DNA from: Tubulanus polymorphus
Lineage: Eukaryota; Animalia; Nemertea
DNA length: 64,000 nt
Direction: 5' to 3'
Assembly: GCF_964204645.1 (NCBI RefSeq)
Contig: NC_134029.1
Location: 14,100,850 to 14,164,849 of the forward strand
The notes under the pieces were generated by a model. It made no database searches, was not told the DNA's origin, and saw nothing but the letters and a program-made list of their open reading frames with translations. Made by a program: the position numbers and the translations under genes. This document shows, piece by piece, positions 38,010-51,300 of this stretch. Numbering within the stretch: the first letter of the stretch is position 1; every line of letters starts with the position of its first letter.

Positions 38010-38480
38010 AACGCTGTTGTTACCTGTACGTGACTGTATGGTAATTTCTACAGGTTAGCCGTATGTGAGTAGGTTGACGCTCAGACTTGCAATATTGGGA
38101 TTCGAAACCAAACGAAAAAAAAATCCAATTGTAGTCCAGTGATTTACCAACTGTGCCACAGAACGTAACTGCAGGGTGGATGAAATTTGATTTACAAATA
38201 GCCTAGCCTCACCTAACCCAAACTCTATTCTTTCACGCATGCACGTTTGCAGATTATAGGAACTCACGTACAGCGTTTTTAGGGAACTCACGTACGGTTA
38301 ACCTGTGGATATCACCGTACAGTCACGTACGGGTAACAACTTCGTACTTAAAAAATGGTATTGGCTACTAAGAACTCACGTACGGCGTTAGTAGGGAACT
38401 CACGTACGGTTAACCTGTGGAGATCACCATACAGTCACGTACGAGTAACAACTACGTACTAAAAATGGTATTGGCTACTA
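38010..38480. repeat. Small foldback/tandem repeat with a degenerate tRNA-like segment
   Basis: gggaactcacgtacggttaacctgtgga...cagtcacgtacg.gtaacaac occurs twice (about 38282 and 38394) and inverted at about 38015-38070. A/B-box-like motifs on the minus strand at about 38095-38160. Confidence 0.6.
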
Positions 38481-39796
38481 TATAATTGGCCTATAGACAA
38501 ATAAATACCGGTAGTGCGGTAGGCTTTCTTAGCTTCCACACTTCACAACCGAACCAACTGACCAACCAGTATATTTAGTCCCAGTATGCACCAACCAGCA
38601 CAGGCCTAACACTGTCAACTGTGTGTACTGTCGTAGGCTATCGAGAATCACCTGATACTTTTCTGTCGTATGTTTTCTCTCTGAGACGAACGTAATTCTA
38701 GTAGCCTTCCGCGACTCAACGACCTTGATTTAAACTTGATCAATTCAAAATCTGTTTTTTGACGCTTTTGGTTACATGAACTGATCAGCAATATACTTAA
38801 ATAAAATAACCGGAATAACAAGAAATCAAAAATATTAAAGAGGTAACAAACAAATGTCCGTAAACCTGTCAGACACGCGAACGCCGGACTCGTAAACTCT
38901 TGGACTCGGACCCGCTGAGCAATAAATTCATAAAATTGACTTTGAAATTGATTGTGGAGAAGAGAGGGAATTATTCGATAGCTCTTCCTCGAAAAGAAGA
39001 TAGAAATATCGGAAAGAAAACACAACATGGCTACTAATTGAACGGAGCCAAATTTCCGATGTTGCCGATGACAGTGCCTTTATAAAGTGGATTTATCGAA
39101 ATTCCCATGCAGTATCTGGAGATTGAAGTGAGCTGAAGGCTATCATACGGATTGTATCGGCGACAGCGGTAAGGTAAGAAAGCCTTTACACTTTTAACAA
39201 AAACTATGTGGAAAAGGGAAAAAAAAATAAATAAATATAGCAGCAAGCAGCGATAACGGGTTTCTGACTTTCTGGGTAGAATGCCGTTCAGGGATGCGAG
39301 CAAAGATTTCACCTGAAATCAGTTAGTTACATTCCGTTTTTTCCGTCAAAAGAGCCACCTAGGGGTCAACTTACAACATGGATATGTTGACCCGCATGTG
39401 CTACTACGCGCATGTGCTACTACGCGCAAAGTACTAATGTGCCAGGTTTTGGGGGAAATAACATCGAGAAGAACGAAGCTCCGGTGTTTTTACCATTCCC
39501 TAGTGACAGTTTAAGCGCATATTCGGTTATTATTAGTTCCGAAAAAGTCGACTAGATAAGAAAACTGAATTTGGCCCAAAGCACAAATTTGGCCTATAGG
39601 GTAAACTATGCAAGAGGGAAAGCCTTATAGTGTTGTGACTATTAGTAGAGGAGTGACAAGTCAGTCTGACAAGTTAAGCGATCAGATGGGGACTACCATT
39701 CACTTGAAATTGACGTCCAATAACCATTATAAAAACATAATCACGAACGGTAACATCACTCCCCATTACTGACTGTCACTGGTCTCTGGCTAGCAA

Positions 39797-41037
39797 TCAT
39801 TCTTTATCGGTGCAGTGAATATGATCTTTCCATGTTAAATTACGATCAAAAATTACACCTTCAAATTTCGCACTATCAACACGATTAATGATTTTATCTG
39901 CAAGAAAGATATTAAGTCCTAGGTGGTCCCTATTGCCAAATACCATATAAAGAGTTTTATCTATATTTACAGATAATCTATTGGCTCTAAACCACTGTAA
40001 TAAATTTGATAGTTCCGAATTTAATGTATGCTCTAATTTTTTTGGGTCTCGATCACTGTAAAAAAAAGTTGCTGTCATCGACAAATAGTATTGATTGTAA
40101 AAGCCTACAAGAAGATGGACAGTCATTGATATAAATAAGAAACAGCAGGGGACCTAAAATAGACCCCCGTTTCACTCCGGAAGTAATAATTTTGTGGTTA
40201 GATAAACTGTTATTAAACTTTACAGCTTGTTTCCTATCCAGGAGATTATGAAACCAACTTAAGGGGGAACCACAGATACACAACATTTCAGGGTCGTCGT
40301 TATTATATACATTCTGCCAGTTACTGGCCAACAAAGAGCGGGAGAAATGTTCAATTGACCGCAAGTTAATATCACGGACCTGCGTTTTCGACGGGGATTT
40401 GTAGGGTTTGGTCTCATACACACCGTGAATGGCGGCAAAAATTGGGTAATGATCTGTGAGATCAGCTAAAAAAACGCCGCTAAAAAACGTCGATAAAGTT
40501 AATTAAAATGTTATCAATAACTGTTGCAGAGTGCTCGGTGACACGAGTAGGTAAAGTGATGAGGGGCAAAAAGGAATTAGAAATCGCAGTATTCATAAAA
40601 TTCTCACTTAAGTAATTTTTGCCAAACTTACTGTAATCGCCAATGAGAATAACATTTAGACCGTTAACCTCTTGGGCAAATACATCAAATTCACGGTATA
40701 GAACGCCAATAATTAGCTTACGTTTAGAATTTGCAGTTGTTTCAATAAATAAGGACTCAGCTAGATTTAAGTCATCCCTGATCTTAAAAGATATAGCATT
40801 ATTGATCAAAAGACCGACTCCACCCCCTCCCTTATTTAGTCTACTTCGGAAGACACTAGTGAAGCCAGGTAAACGAAACAAAGATTCATTTGGTACATTG
40901 GAGTCTGTCCAAGTTTCCGATAAACAAATTATACTAAAATCATGGTTAATTATATGGATATATTCAGCCAAACTATCAAAGTTTTTTTCTGGCACTGCGT
41001 ACATTAGAATGGAATACACTAAAGGGCACTCCATCAC
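39797..41037 (-). mobile_element. CR1/L2-type LINE fragment, endonuclease joined to the RT C-terminal part (internally deleted)
   Basis: IICLSETW, GGGVGL, PTRVTEHSATVIDNI; then SGVKRGSILGPLLFLIYIND, LFVDD, WFRANRLSVNIDKT, GVIFDRNLTWKDHI. Confidence 0.85.
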
Positions 41038-41479
41038 TAGATTTCAGATTGAAATGCGTAGAAGTATAGTAACTATATCAACTGAAATGAACAAAACAAA
41101 AGATCTATGGGCAGAAAGTCACTGTCATTAAAATTCACCGAATTTCACACACTTCAAAACTTTCGGGCTACTTCTGAATTCAATAAATTTCTGTCACTTC
41201 TCAAATTTTACTGCAGAAATGAGTAGGCCTCAAATCAAGTCATGGTTTAACTATTCTAATCAACATTTCATGAAACTTTTAAAAGAAATTGAAAATATTA
41301 TTTACCCTTCTATGTGCAAGTTTTTGTGAGGCCGATCTTTTCGAGGTTGATGGGGTAATCATCGTGGACGGAGTGAGTTGTGGCTGAAAGTCATCAGTTT
41401 TGCGCTTGAAAATTGTTGGGATGGCATCAGCTTTCAGAGCTCTTTTTTGTTTGTAGCCCATGGAAACTGCTACCGAGTT

Positions 41480-43600
41480 TTCGCCCGCGACAATTCATTA
41501 TTTTGGTTTTGTCACACGCGACAATTCATTATTTTGTTTTTGTCACACGCGACAATTCAATATTTTGGTCTTATCGCTCGCGACAATTCAATAATTTGGT
41601 TTTGTCGCCCGGGAATATTCAATATTTTCATTTTATCGCCTGCGACAATTCATTATTTTGGTTTTATCGCCTGCGACAATTCATTATTTTGTTTTGTCAC
41701 ACGTAGCAATTCAATATTTTGTTTTTATCGCCCGCGACAATTCAATAATTTGGTTTTGTCGCCTGCGACAATTCATTATTTTGGTTTTATCGCCTGCGAC
41801 AATTCATTATTTTGGATTTATCGCCCGCGACAAATCATTATTTTGGTTTTGTCGCCAGTGACAATTCATTATTTTGGTTTTGTCGCCCGTGACAATTCAT
41901 TATTTTGGAGCTACAATTCTTATTTTTGGTTTTGTCGCCCGCCACAATTCATTATTTTGGTTTTATCGCCCGCGACAATTCATTATTTTGGTTTTGATGC
42001 CCGCGACAATTCATTATTTTGGTTTTGATGCCCGCGACAATTCAATATTTTGGTTTTGTCGCCGGCGACAATTCATTATTTTGGTTTTATCGCCCGCGAC
42101 AATTCAATATTTTGGTTTTGTCGCCCACTTTATTAGCTTTTGAATAATTAGGCCAATTAATAACGTAATAAAGACTTATGCTTACGCCTATTTTGAAGTC
42201 GATTAACGCGACAAAGACAATTCATTATTTTGGTTTTGTTCCCCGCGACAATTCATTTTTTTGATTTTGTCGCCGGCGACAATTCATTATTTTGGTTTTA
42301 TCGCCGGCGACAATTCATTATTTTGGTTTTGTCGCCCACTTTATTAGCTTTTGAATAATTAGGCCATTTAATAACGTAATAAAGACTTATGCTTACGCCT
42401 ATTTTGAAGTCAATTAATCTGATATAGTGTCGAATATTACGGTCATTTTGGCAGATTCTTTTTTTTAAAAGTGATATTAAAGCGATCATTCAAGTGATCC
42501 TACTTAATGAAAGATCACATATTATTTCTTTTTCTAAAGATGTACGGAAGCTTATATGTCAAAAGCGATAAAGGTCCTCGAGTTGTCGCGTTCCAACTCG
42601 ACAAGTGGCCATATTTATGTCGACATATCGCGATATATCACGTCAAGTCGACATGAATATGTCCACATATCGTGACGTTTTCACGACAAATTTCGCTTTT
42701 TCGCCTATTTTCCACAGGACAAGCCGTCATTTGAAGACACGTCGAAATATAAGATGAGGACGCCAGCAATATGGTGACTGAGTTTCAAGTCGTCATGAAT
42801 ATGTCGACTTGTTGCGAGGAAAATGGTTGAGAAATATTTCATCAAAACGTCACAATATGTATTCATGTTGACTTGACGCGATATGTCGAAATAAATGGTG
42901 ACTTTGTCGAGTTGGAACGCGACAACTCGAGGCCCTTTATCACTTCCGTACTTCCGTATATATGGGACCCGTACAAAACCGTCGCGATCTTTTATCACGA
43001 CGAAAGTATGTCGAAAAAACGTGATATATCGTGATTTATCGACATAATTAAGTCGATACATCGTGTTAATATCATGATAAATCGTTATACGGATCACGCC
43101 TTTCACCAATGTCGACGTCTGTATCTCAACATAACCGCGTACATAATTATCGACATAATTATCACTCCTTTAGCTAAAATGTCGTGAAACGTATGGCAAT
43201 TTATTGAGACAATACACCAAAAAGTTGACATAAAAATCACGACATTTTAAATAAGGTCTTCCTAGTTACATCGATATATTGAGATAGTTAACCTACTTTC
43301 GATAAGGGGACGCATACGTAATGATGTTTAATGTTAGATGAATATGAAAGAAGGAATAAAGTTGGCAGAAAAATTAAAATGACTTTATCATCACCAGAAT
43401 TTGGTGGACATATTGAATGTTGGGGTTCAAGTAGAATGACCCCAAATGCTGGGGCACAATAATAGTGTTCGGTACATGGTCGATGAACTAAGTAGGACAT
43501 TCGCATCAATACTTTGTCACGATTGATTTGCGGAATGCGACAAAATATTGAATTGTCGCGTGCGACAAAACAAAAATAATGAATTGTCGCGGGCAACAAT
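41480..43600 (-). mobile_element. Second, inverted copy of the about 2.1-kb 31-bp-array element (first copy about 23400-25450)
   Basis: Reverse-complement homology shown by matching ORF-track peptides (e.g. HRPCTEHYYCAPAFGVILLEPQHSICPP). Array at 41480-42335; two oppositely oriented units at about 43540-43598. Confidence 0.85.
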
Positions 43601-43701
43601 ACCGTCCTTAATTGCTTATTGCTTAAATACCGTCCAAATATAATCCTTCAACTTGAAAATTAGTTCTGACACTTACTAATGTAAACATTGACTTTGGTAT
43701 C

Positions 43702-44795
43702 CAGGGGCGTAGCCACCTAAAATTCAATGGTGCGACAATCCGGAGCGCACATCCATACGAGCGACGATGGCGCGATGTATAGAAGGGGGGTTTGGGGGCT
43801 CTCCCCCAAGAAAATTTGAACATTAAAACGTCTGAGATGCGTTCTGATGGCTATGAGAGCTCATATTTGAATAATCTTTCTGTAGATAATATAATGCCTC
43901 TAATGGTATCTTTGGTCTAGGGACGGATCCAGATGTTTCGCCATTCCAGAGCGGTTTCTGAGTCCTGCTGAACTGGAAGGGCAACTATATCATAGCACAA
44001 AACGGGGGACCTGGGGACACTACCCAGAAAATTTTGATTTTTCAATGCTCTGAGATGCAATCTTTAAGCATATTTTGGGCATAAAGTCTATCACCTTGAA
44101 GTTTATTATTTTCGTTTAGATTCATTTAGACCATTTTCTATACTACTTCGAGAATACTTGCCCGGAATAGAACATTCATGTTAGTACAAGAGCCTGTCAA
44201 AATCACGAACTAGAAAGATACAAGGGCAAACCTGAGTACCCCTCGATACAAGTGGTCAGCTGGATCTGCCCTTGACCATTTATTGATGAATAGTAAACTA
44301 ATGTAAGCTTATTGTACATCAATACCGGTAGGCCTACTCTCTCGATTTTCTCGGTTTCCATGTCTCGGCACTTGAGCAGAATTTTTTTGGTTAAATCCCT
44401 TATTATGGTCCATTTTTCATGAACAAAAAACACCTAAAGAATCAGTGAAATATAACCAGAACAATACCGGCTTGAGTCGCTCTAAAGTAATATGAAAAAA
44501 GTCTTCTGAATTCGGCAACTTTGATACTGTGAGATCAGGTGCATGGTCCAGATGTGATGCCGTAAACACTATAAACAAAACTCGCTGGAGTCACTGGGTT
44601 GGATGTGGCCTACACCGAAAATCTCAAGTGCATTACCAACGCCTCCGTATTAGCACCACTGACTTCTTCAAAAGAACTTTATACCCCCCCCCCATGTTAA
44701 TACAGAATTTCGTTTATTATGACGTTTTAACAATGGGTTTTTCAATTATTGGTGCGACATATGTCGCAGTTGTCGCACCGGTGGCTACGCCCCTG
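43702..44795. mobile_element. MITE with 16-bp TIR CAGGGGCGTAGCCACC
   Basis: caggggcgtagccacc at 43702 and ggtggctacgcccctg ending at 44795; flanks gtatc/gtttc (possible imperfect TSD). Confidence 0.75.
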
Positions 44796-45130
44796 GTTTC
44801 CTCGGAAAATATTCACTCTTGAATGCAACAAGACTTCAAGCTAATTTTTCCTTGCTAATTTCTTCATTTTCTTAGTGTAAGCTTCGAAAAGTTTTGCTCT
44901 TTATTCACTCTTGCCTGTTACTATAGTAACAAGCAGCTGGGGCCCTGCAAGTCAGCGATGCTCATGGTGAGTTTGACCACTTACAGCTGTCAGTATCAAT
45001 TAAATTGTTGTTGATACTGGCTCTTTGAGAGTGGAAATGCCGCGATCATAACCACTGGGATAGACTTTAGTACGGCATTTAACCCGGCAAGGCAGAAACC
45101 CGTTATCGCTGCTTTGCAGCTATATTTTCT

Positions 45131-46263
45131 ATTTTGTTTTGAAGTTCAATCCAATAAGTCCGTTAATAAACGCAAGAATTATACTGCGTTTGTTTGAGAC
45201 AATAAAGCTTAGTACCGGTAGGCCCAAAGGTTGCGTACAACTCGATAAACACTTCGAGCGAACACACAGCGAACAATCTCCTTTCCCCCAGCGAACGCTT
45301 ATTACGAATATCAAGCGCGAGTCCTGCTCAGTGGTGTTGGTAGTGCAGCGACTGCAGCTGCGAAAGCAGCGGCAATAGTTTAATGACATTTTTTGTCTCT
45401 CTATACCACGTTTTTGAAGAAATTAAGTAAATTCACTGCGGCAATATTTAGAACCTGTCCAAAATCGAGATTTGGCCGCAGCAATCAAAAATTGCTTCCA
45501 ATTCGCCTGCAGCTTACGGATAAGAGTATGTTATATACTTGTATTTAGTATATACGTTCTGGATTTGACAATGATCGGTATGTACTGTAGGAAATATATT
45601 AGTATTGATAAATGGTTGAAGCCCGCGGCCAAATGAAGTAATATATTCTTTTATTTTTATACCTCGTCAACACAACAGCTTTTCTCCGCTACATCTCTTC
45701 GGCATGTTTAGTTTATGCATACGACTCACCGGTACTCTAATGATTTATCCTAGTAAATACATGGTAAATTTGGTAAAGAAAATTAGGTACTGTTGTATTA
45801 GGTTGATTCGTCGATGTTTACTGCTCGACATTGCTTTTAAAATCTAGAGCAGTATATTTCCTGTGTATCGGTAATATGATTTTATGAGGAAAATGGGTAA
45901 TTGTTAAAGATTACTGTTTGAAAACCGCACCTGAATGTGAAGTCTTGCGGCAATAAATTTGTTTATTTACACTTGAATTGATAATCGAAGTGACAAGCAA
46001 CCGCCAGTGGATTTCGGGATGACGACTCAGAAAAATATGTCACCTCATTACATGGGACCCAATTTTCGAAGATTACAGCCGGACAGTGCTTTTGTAACGT
46101 TGATTTATCAAAATACGTATTTCGTGAGTATTTGTAGATCGAAGTGAGCTGAAGGATATCATACAGATTGTATCGGCAACAGTGGCAAGGTAACAAAGCC
46201 TAAGTTCTTTTAGTGAAAATAGTGTGACATGAAATAATAATAATAAGAAACAGAAAACCCTAA
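45131..46263 (-). mobile_element. Another copy of the Helentron-like element body
   Basis: Direct homology to 25742-26840, ending in aacagaaaaccctaa. A partial copy is also at about 39040-39230. Confidence 0.75.
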
Positions 46264-46911
46264 CTACGGTGTTACGTTTTTCCAGAAATGTTACGTATTT
46301 CATATAGATTCAAAATCCGGGAAATTTTTTCCATAACAATAGATATCGTTTATTACACAAATAAAAATAGTCATATTGTTCATTTACTTGCTTTTGAGGT
46401 AAATCACGCCAGAATAAATTTTCAACGATCTTTGGCGGAACACTGACTGCTTTGTGACCCGCTATTATGAAGTTCTGTCAGCTACTGCCATCTATGTTGA
46501 ATCAAAAATGGTGTCTGGTGAGGATAATTTTGTAATGTCTGATGCCAAGTTTTCTTCAAATCCATCATCTCAATCTGAGCCTAGTGACACACACGATTCT
46601 AAACTTGAGACTTTTGATTTTTGTGTTTAGTTAAGGAAACTACTTATTTTTCATGAAAGTTACCAGTTAAAAGGTTGATTCCGTAAAAATTTCTGAAAAT
46701 ACTTAAAATTTAGATATATGTGTTACTTGGAAAAAAATTCATGGTTGGCAGGTCTGTTGTTTTGTGCTTCAAGGTCATTGGTTTCATTTTATGTTTACCA
46801 GCAGAGATTTTTTAAATTTTGATTGTTGAGAATTTCAAATCACTTCCCAAGAAGGCATCGGTGCATACCTAGTTAATAAAGCCTTTCTGATTTTGTTGAT
46901 TGTCATTTCAG

Positions 46912-47079
46912 ATGCGAAGTTCACAGGGTGAAGTTTCTTTTTGGCAAGAAAAAAGTTTTCACTTAAACGCTGAAAAAGATGAACTCGAAGAGAAAATAGC
47001 AAACTTGACACGGCAGATAGGTTTCAACCAATCTAAGTTACAACATGAAGGACGTAATATGCACACTTATGAACTCCAG
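46912..47079 (+). CDS. Host coiled-coil protein gene, exon D
   Basis: atttcag/gtagtg; phase 0/0; MRSSQGEVSFWQEKSFHLNAEKDELEEKIANLTRQ...YELQ. Phase matches exon C. Confidence 0.6.
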
Positions 47080-48338
47080 GTAGTGACAAAATTAAATTTT
47101 CTGTTGAAACTTACTATTTTTCTTACTTGCAAATTAGTATGTGGAAAAGTGAACAAGCAAAAAACAACGATGAACAATTTTTAGCCTTCAGTCAAAAACT
47201 TAAGTGCATACAGATGTTGTTCCCAGCTCTACAGGCTAAAGTTTTTGGGTGATTTTCTAGTGGCTTTGTACATTTGTTTTAGGTGCGAGGAAAATTAGCC
47301 CTATTGTTTTTGGCACCTATAGGTCATCCAAGATGGCCGCCACAGTCATTTAGATATGTAAAATAGCCATTTTGGAGCTTCTTCCTGCTCTACAGTCTTC
47401 AATTTTAGAACAATTTTCTAATTACTTAATCTGTGGTTTTATCAGGGATGAAAATCTTCCGACCATAGACGGATTTTCGACCTTTTCTAACATTTTCTTT
47501 ATTCCTGAGATCAGTGTAAATCGCCTCAATCGCTTTAATCACCTCAGTCGCGGGCATCACATCGGAGTGCTCCTTAGTTAGGAGTGCTCCTTAAGATGGT
47601 TTTCGGCAGTAGTTAGCATAACTGTGGAGTCGGGGAGAAACCAATATGGCGTCTCATTCAAAAAGTGGCTCTTATTCAGGCCTAAACTATTAACATTTTT
47701 ATCAAAAGAAAGTAAGTTTTTAGCCCACTTGTGACTTTAGTCCCAGCGGGCTATTGCGTTCACTTTTCGTTCGTCGTCCGTCCGTAGACAGAATCCAGTT
47801 ATTTAGGGAAGTTTTGAAGACGCTTCTATGTAATGTCTTAATATTTGGGTTACACATGTATCTACCCTAGACACATCTTCACCCCAAAAACTGGCCCTCT
47901 TTGAATCAAGATTGCCGACTGGCAGCCATTGACGTTCGCCAAAATCAGCACTTTTTCACGTTTTTGAACTTTTTGAGGGAAATTTTGAAATGCTTTGATC
48001 AATTGCCTTGATCTTTTGTGTATATTTGAATCCCCCCGGTGTCCATCAGCATAACAAAAATTGGGTCGATCGGACTCAAGATGGCTATCCTATGACCTGT
48101 TTAGTGCCCAAAAATGTCAATTTTGGCCCAAATTCTGAGGCCTGTTGCCTCGTACTGGTGGTTTGCCATTTCTCATTGCAATTGCTGATGGGTATTTTTT
48201 AGAAAGGGATGTTTTATACCTGAGACAGATATTTTTGATCAGCCAATATGACGCAATTGGTGGCCATCTTGGTGTAATCAGTACTCATTCGTAGGTGGGA
48301 AAAAAATTTTTCGACATTATATCGATACCTAAGCATAT

Positions 48339-51300
48339 GGCAGATTGCACATTATTGGGTACCAAAAACTAACTTTGTTTGTCAATTTTTAATTTTTCTT
48401 GAAACACTTTTTATTGATGATATTTTCAAAAATTACATAATTTTTCAAGTCTAGAATAACGATTGAGGATAAAAAAATAAAAAAATCTTGACAAAATAGT
48501 CATTTAAAGATGGTACTACGTTCTGTCACGAATTGATAATGCATGTTTGACATGGTATAACATTTAAAAAAATGCGACGGGAAATAAACGAATTACATTA
48601 CAGAGAAGAAAATTACCAAGTGCGTCATGGCAGTAGGTGAGTTTAACCACCTTTATTCACTTTATATTAGATAAAAGCTCTGATTCTAAAGGGTTAAATT
48701 TGACGGAAATTTATCGAAAATGTCGGATAGATTTTCCTCACACAAGAATACATGTGATTGTCTAACATATCAAGCTTCATCACGGTACTCGCTTACAGAT
48801 AAACGATTGAGGTTGTTACTAAAAACGTTCTTTTATTTGCTTGATCGCAAATACCGAACGTAATGTTTGACAGAATTTGTCCCGAACGTATTGATTGGGG
48901 TGTGTTACGTTCGGGACTCCAGGCCCCGACACTGAGCGATGTCACACCACAGTCAGTTAAATATTCCAGATATCGTGCAGTCGACTAACCAGCAGATCTC
49001 GGTTATTGTTGCGAAACTAGGTTAAAATTCATCGATATAAACAGCAAGCGCACAGCGGGATAATTCCCACGACTATAAATAGAACTCGCGTCAGCGCGCA
49101 ACACATATCAACTGTCAGTGTGCCGTATTCCACGTGGTAGTAGATTGCGGTGAAATATAGAAATGATGACTGACTCGCGAGGCAAGCAAAGACCAATTGT
49201 GTGTAAAATATTGCCGTGGTAAGCGAAATGCCGATGCAACTTGACTCCAAGCTTTAGATGGATTTTGATTTTTAACAGTGAATTGAAATGGGAAAATATT
49301 TTTTCCAGTCACAAAATCGGCTCCGAGGTAGGGGGAGTCTTAGTACAGTGTACTAATTTTCTTATTGAAGCGAAGCCTTTAAGTAGCGGCTGGGCTTGCA
49401 TATATCACTTTGTAAAATGTTTATATCATTTTTACGAATAAAGATGTTTTACTTGTACATGTATAACTTTGTAATAATAACTGTGCACTAGTTTTGAGAA
49501 AAATCGATCCTTGTATAAATATTTTCGACTATTCTACTCCTAGGTCTTTTGTTGTAATCTAAAATGATTTTCTAAAATATAGAAATCTTTATCTTCAACC
49601 CGAATTTAACATTTTATTTCATATGAACTTATAACAGTATTCCGAACAGTTACTACAGTACATTAATTCAAGCAAACAAATTTTTCAACTGTTTATAGTC
49701 TTCCTCGACTCGTTTCAATTCGGCAATTTTGAATGGCCCGTGGCCTTCAAGCGTCAAAGGTCCGTAAAAGAGGAGTCTCCTGCTGATTGTTTCTTCGTCG
49801 TTCCGTCGTGGCCAGTCGAAAGTGTCAGCGCCTACCCTGTGTAAATATTTTAAGTGGGCATTGTCATCGTCATACCGTAAAATTCACCCGATGTAGTAGA
49901 CGCGGTCAAAACAGACAGCGTGATACTCTCCCACCTACAAAAGCAAAACAGTTAGTGCCTTTCGATATAAATTCTTGCAAAAATCAGTGGACAAAAAACT
50001 TACTGAAATTGCAGGAAGAGTGTCTTGATCAATGTTAAATTCTTCATCAGTAATTTTTTTATGCCAATAATCATCAACGGACTGTGTGGAATTTAGTGCT
50101 GTTGGTTGGTGTGAAGAAAGTTGGCGACTTTCCGGTGCTGAAGGATTTTCAGGTAAGTGAACTAGTGTTTGCGGTTCCTGGTTGATTTCAACGGAAACAT
50201 TTACATTATCAACGGTTTCTCTTTTCGATAGACTCTTCAGTTTTACATTCTTTGAGACGCTGACGTAATTAGAGTTTTTGCACACAGACAACTCCAAGCC
50301 AATACAATGCATACAAAAACAACAAAATTCTCGCACCATCAGTTTGTAATTGATGCCAGTATTCTTGTATGAATGTTGTCGACGACACCCCTTAAGAGTT
50401 CTGATATTTGTCTCGGGCCTGTTTCGTAGAATTGTATTGTCGGCTACATAGAGAAATGACCGCCGCGAAATTGCATCATCGAGTGTTAGATTGTTTTTAC
50501 AATAGGTGTACATTTCCGAGGCACTACATATAATTATCCCACCCGATATGGCCCGATCGACACAGCGATTCACTACACCAATTTCTCCATCCCCCTCCCC
50601 CTTCCCGTGCTCTGATCCGTAAAAGTGCCGTTCCATGATATAGTTCGAAAGGCTGAGATCGGCAAAGGTACCTTTACCTTTGAATTGGCTGCTACAGCCA
50701 TCTGAAAAAACGACCACTCTTTCGAGAGTTAAATTTCTGCGTTTAACCAAGTAGCTCATTGCTTCATTAAAATAGTGCTCGACGGCATTGAAATCATGAT
50801 TTGCGTCATCAGATATGATGACTACCGATTCTCTGACTTTGAGTTTCGAAATGGGGTCTGTGTAATACGTAACACAAGGATGTACAGTTATGGTTTTCTT
50901 CCCATAATATGCAGATTTAATTTCATCCTGGAATTTAACTTCCCGATTCTTAGCAAAATCTGATACCATGAGAAGCCATTTTTCTGGTAGACTGTCTTTG
51001 ATGGATGTAAACTGCATATATTGCCAGTGGGCAGTAAATACATGGAGTGGGTAGCTGACTCCACCACAGTTTTCAAAATCTGAAACTAGTTCAATGACAA
51101 ACTGTCGAAAATTTCGCGATCAACATGTATTTTGGTTGGGCATTTGGGTATTTTGGATCAGTCTTTTTTTCCCAATGATTCCAACAAATACACTCTTTAT
51201 CAAAACCAGAACAGAGCTTTTCAAGGCTGTTCTTTAAATTTCCACACTTTTAGCAACTACCCTTCACGCATTCTAATCTGTGGAAACGTTGGCCATCAGA

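Larger units (their letters stand above)
34300..41470 (-). pseudogene. Kolobok transposase remnants (THAP tail plus C-terminal exons), convergent with the KolX-type gene
   Basis: LKADAIPTIF (THAP AVPTIF-like motif, about 41410-41440); LKDVKQLSLNSVTSGVESFHSLLNHMAPKMLHFSY; AILHHNENVWRKQA; PPPLTSKVTRVNKENAIMLH. The middle is missing or interrupted by insertions. Confidence 0.7.

Noticed and set aside
40643-41131. Antisense ORFs over TE coding regions (also 6855-7178, 51964-52299, 63393-63812)
   Set aside because: Shadow ORFs on the opposite strand of recognisable TE genes.
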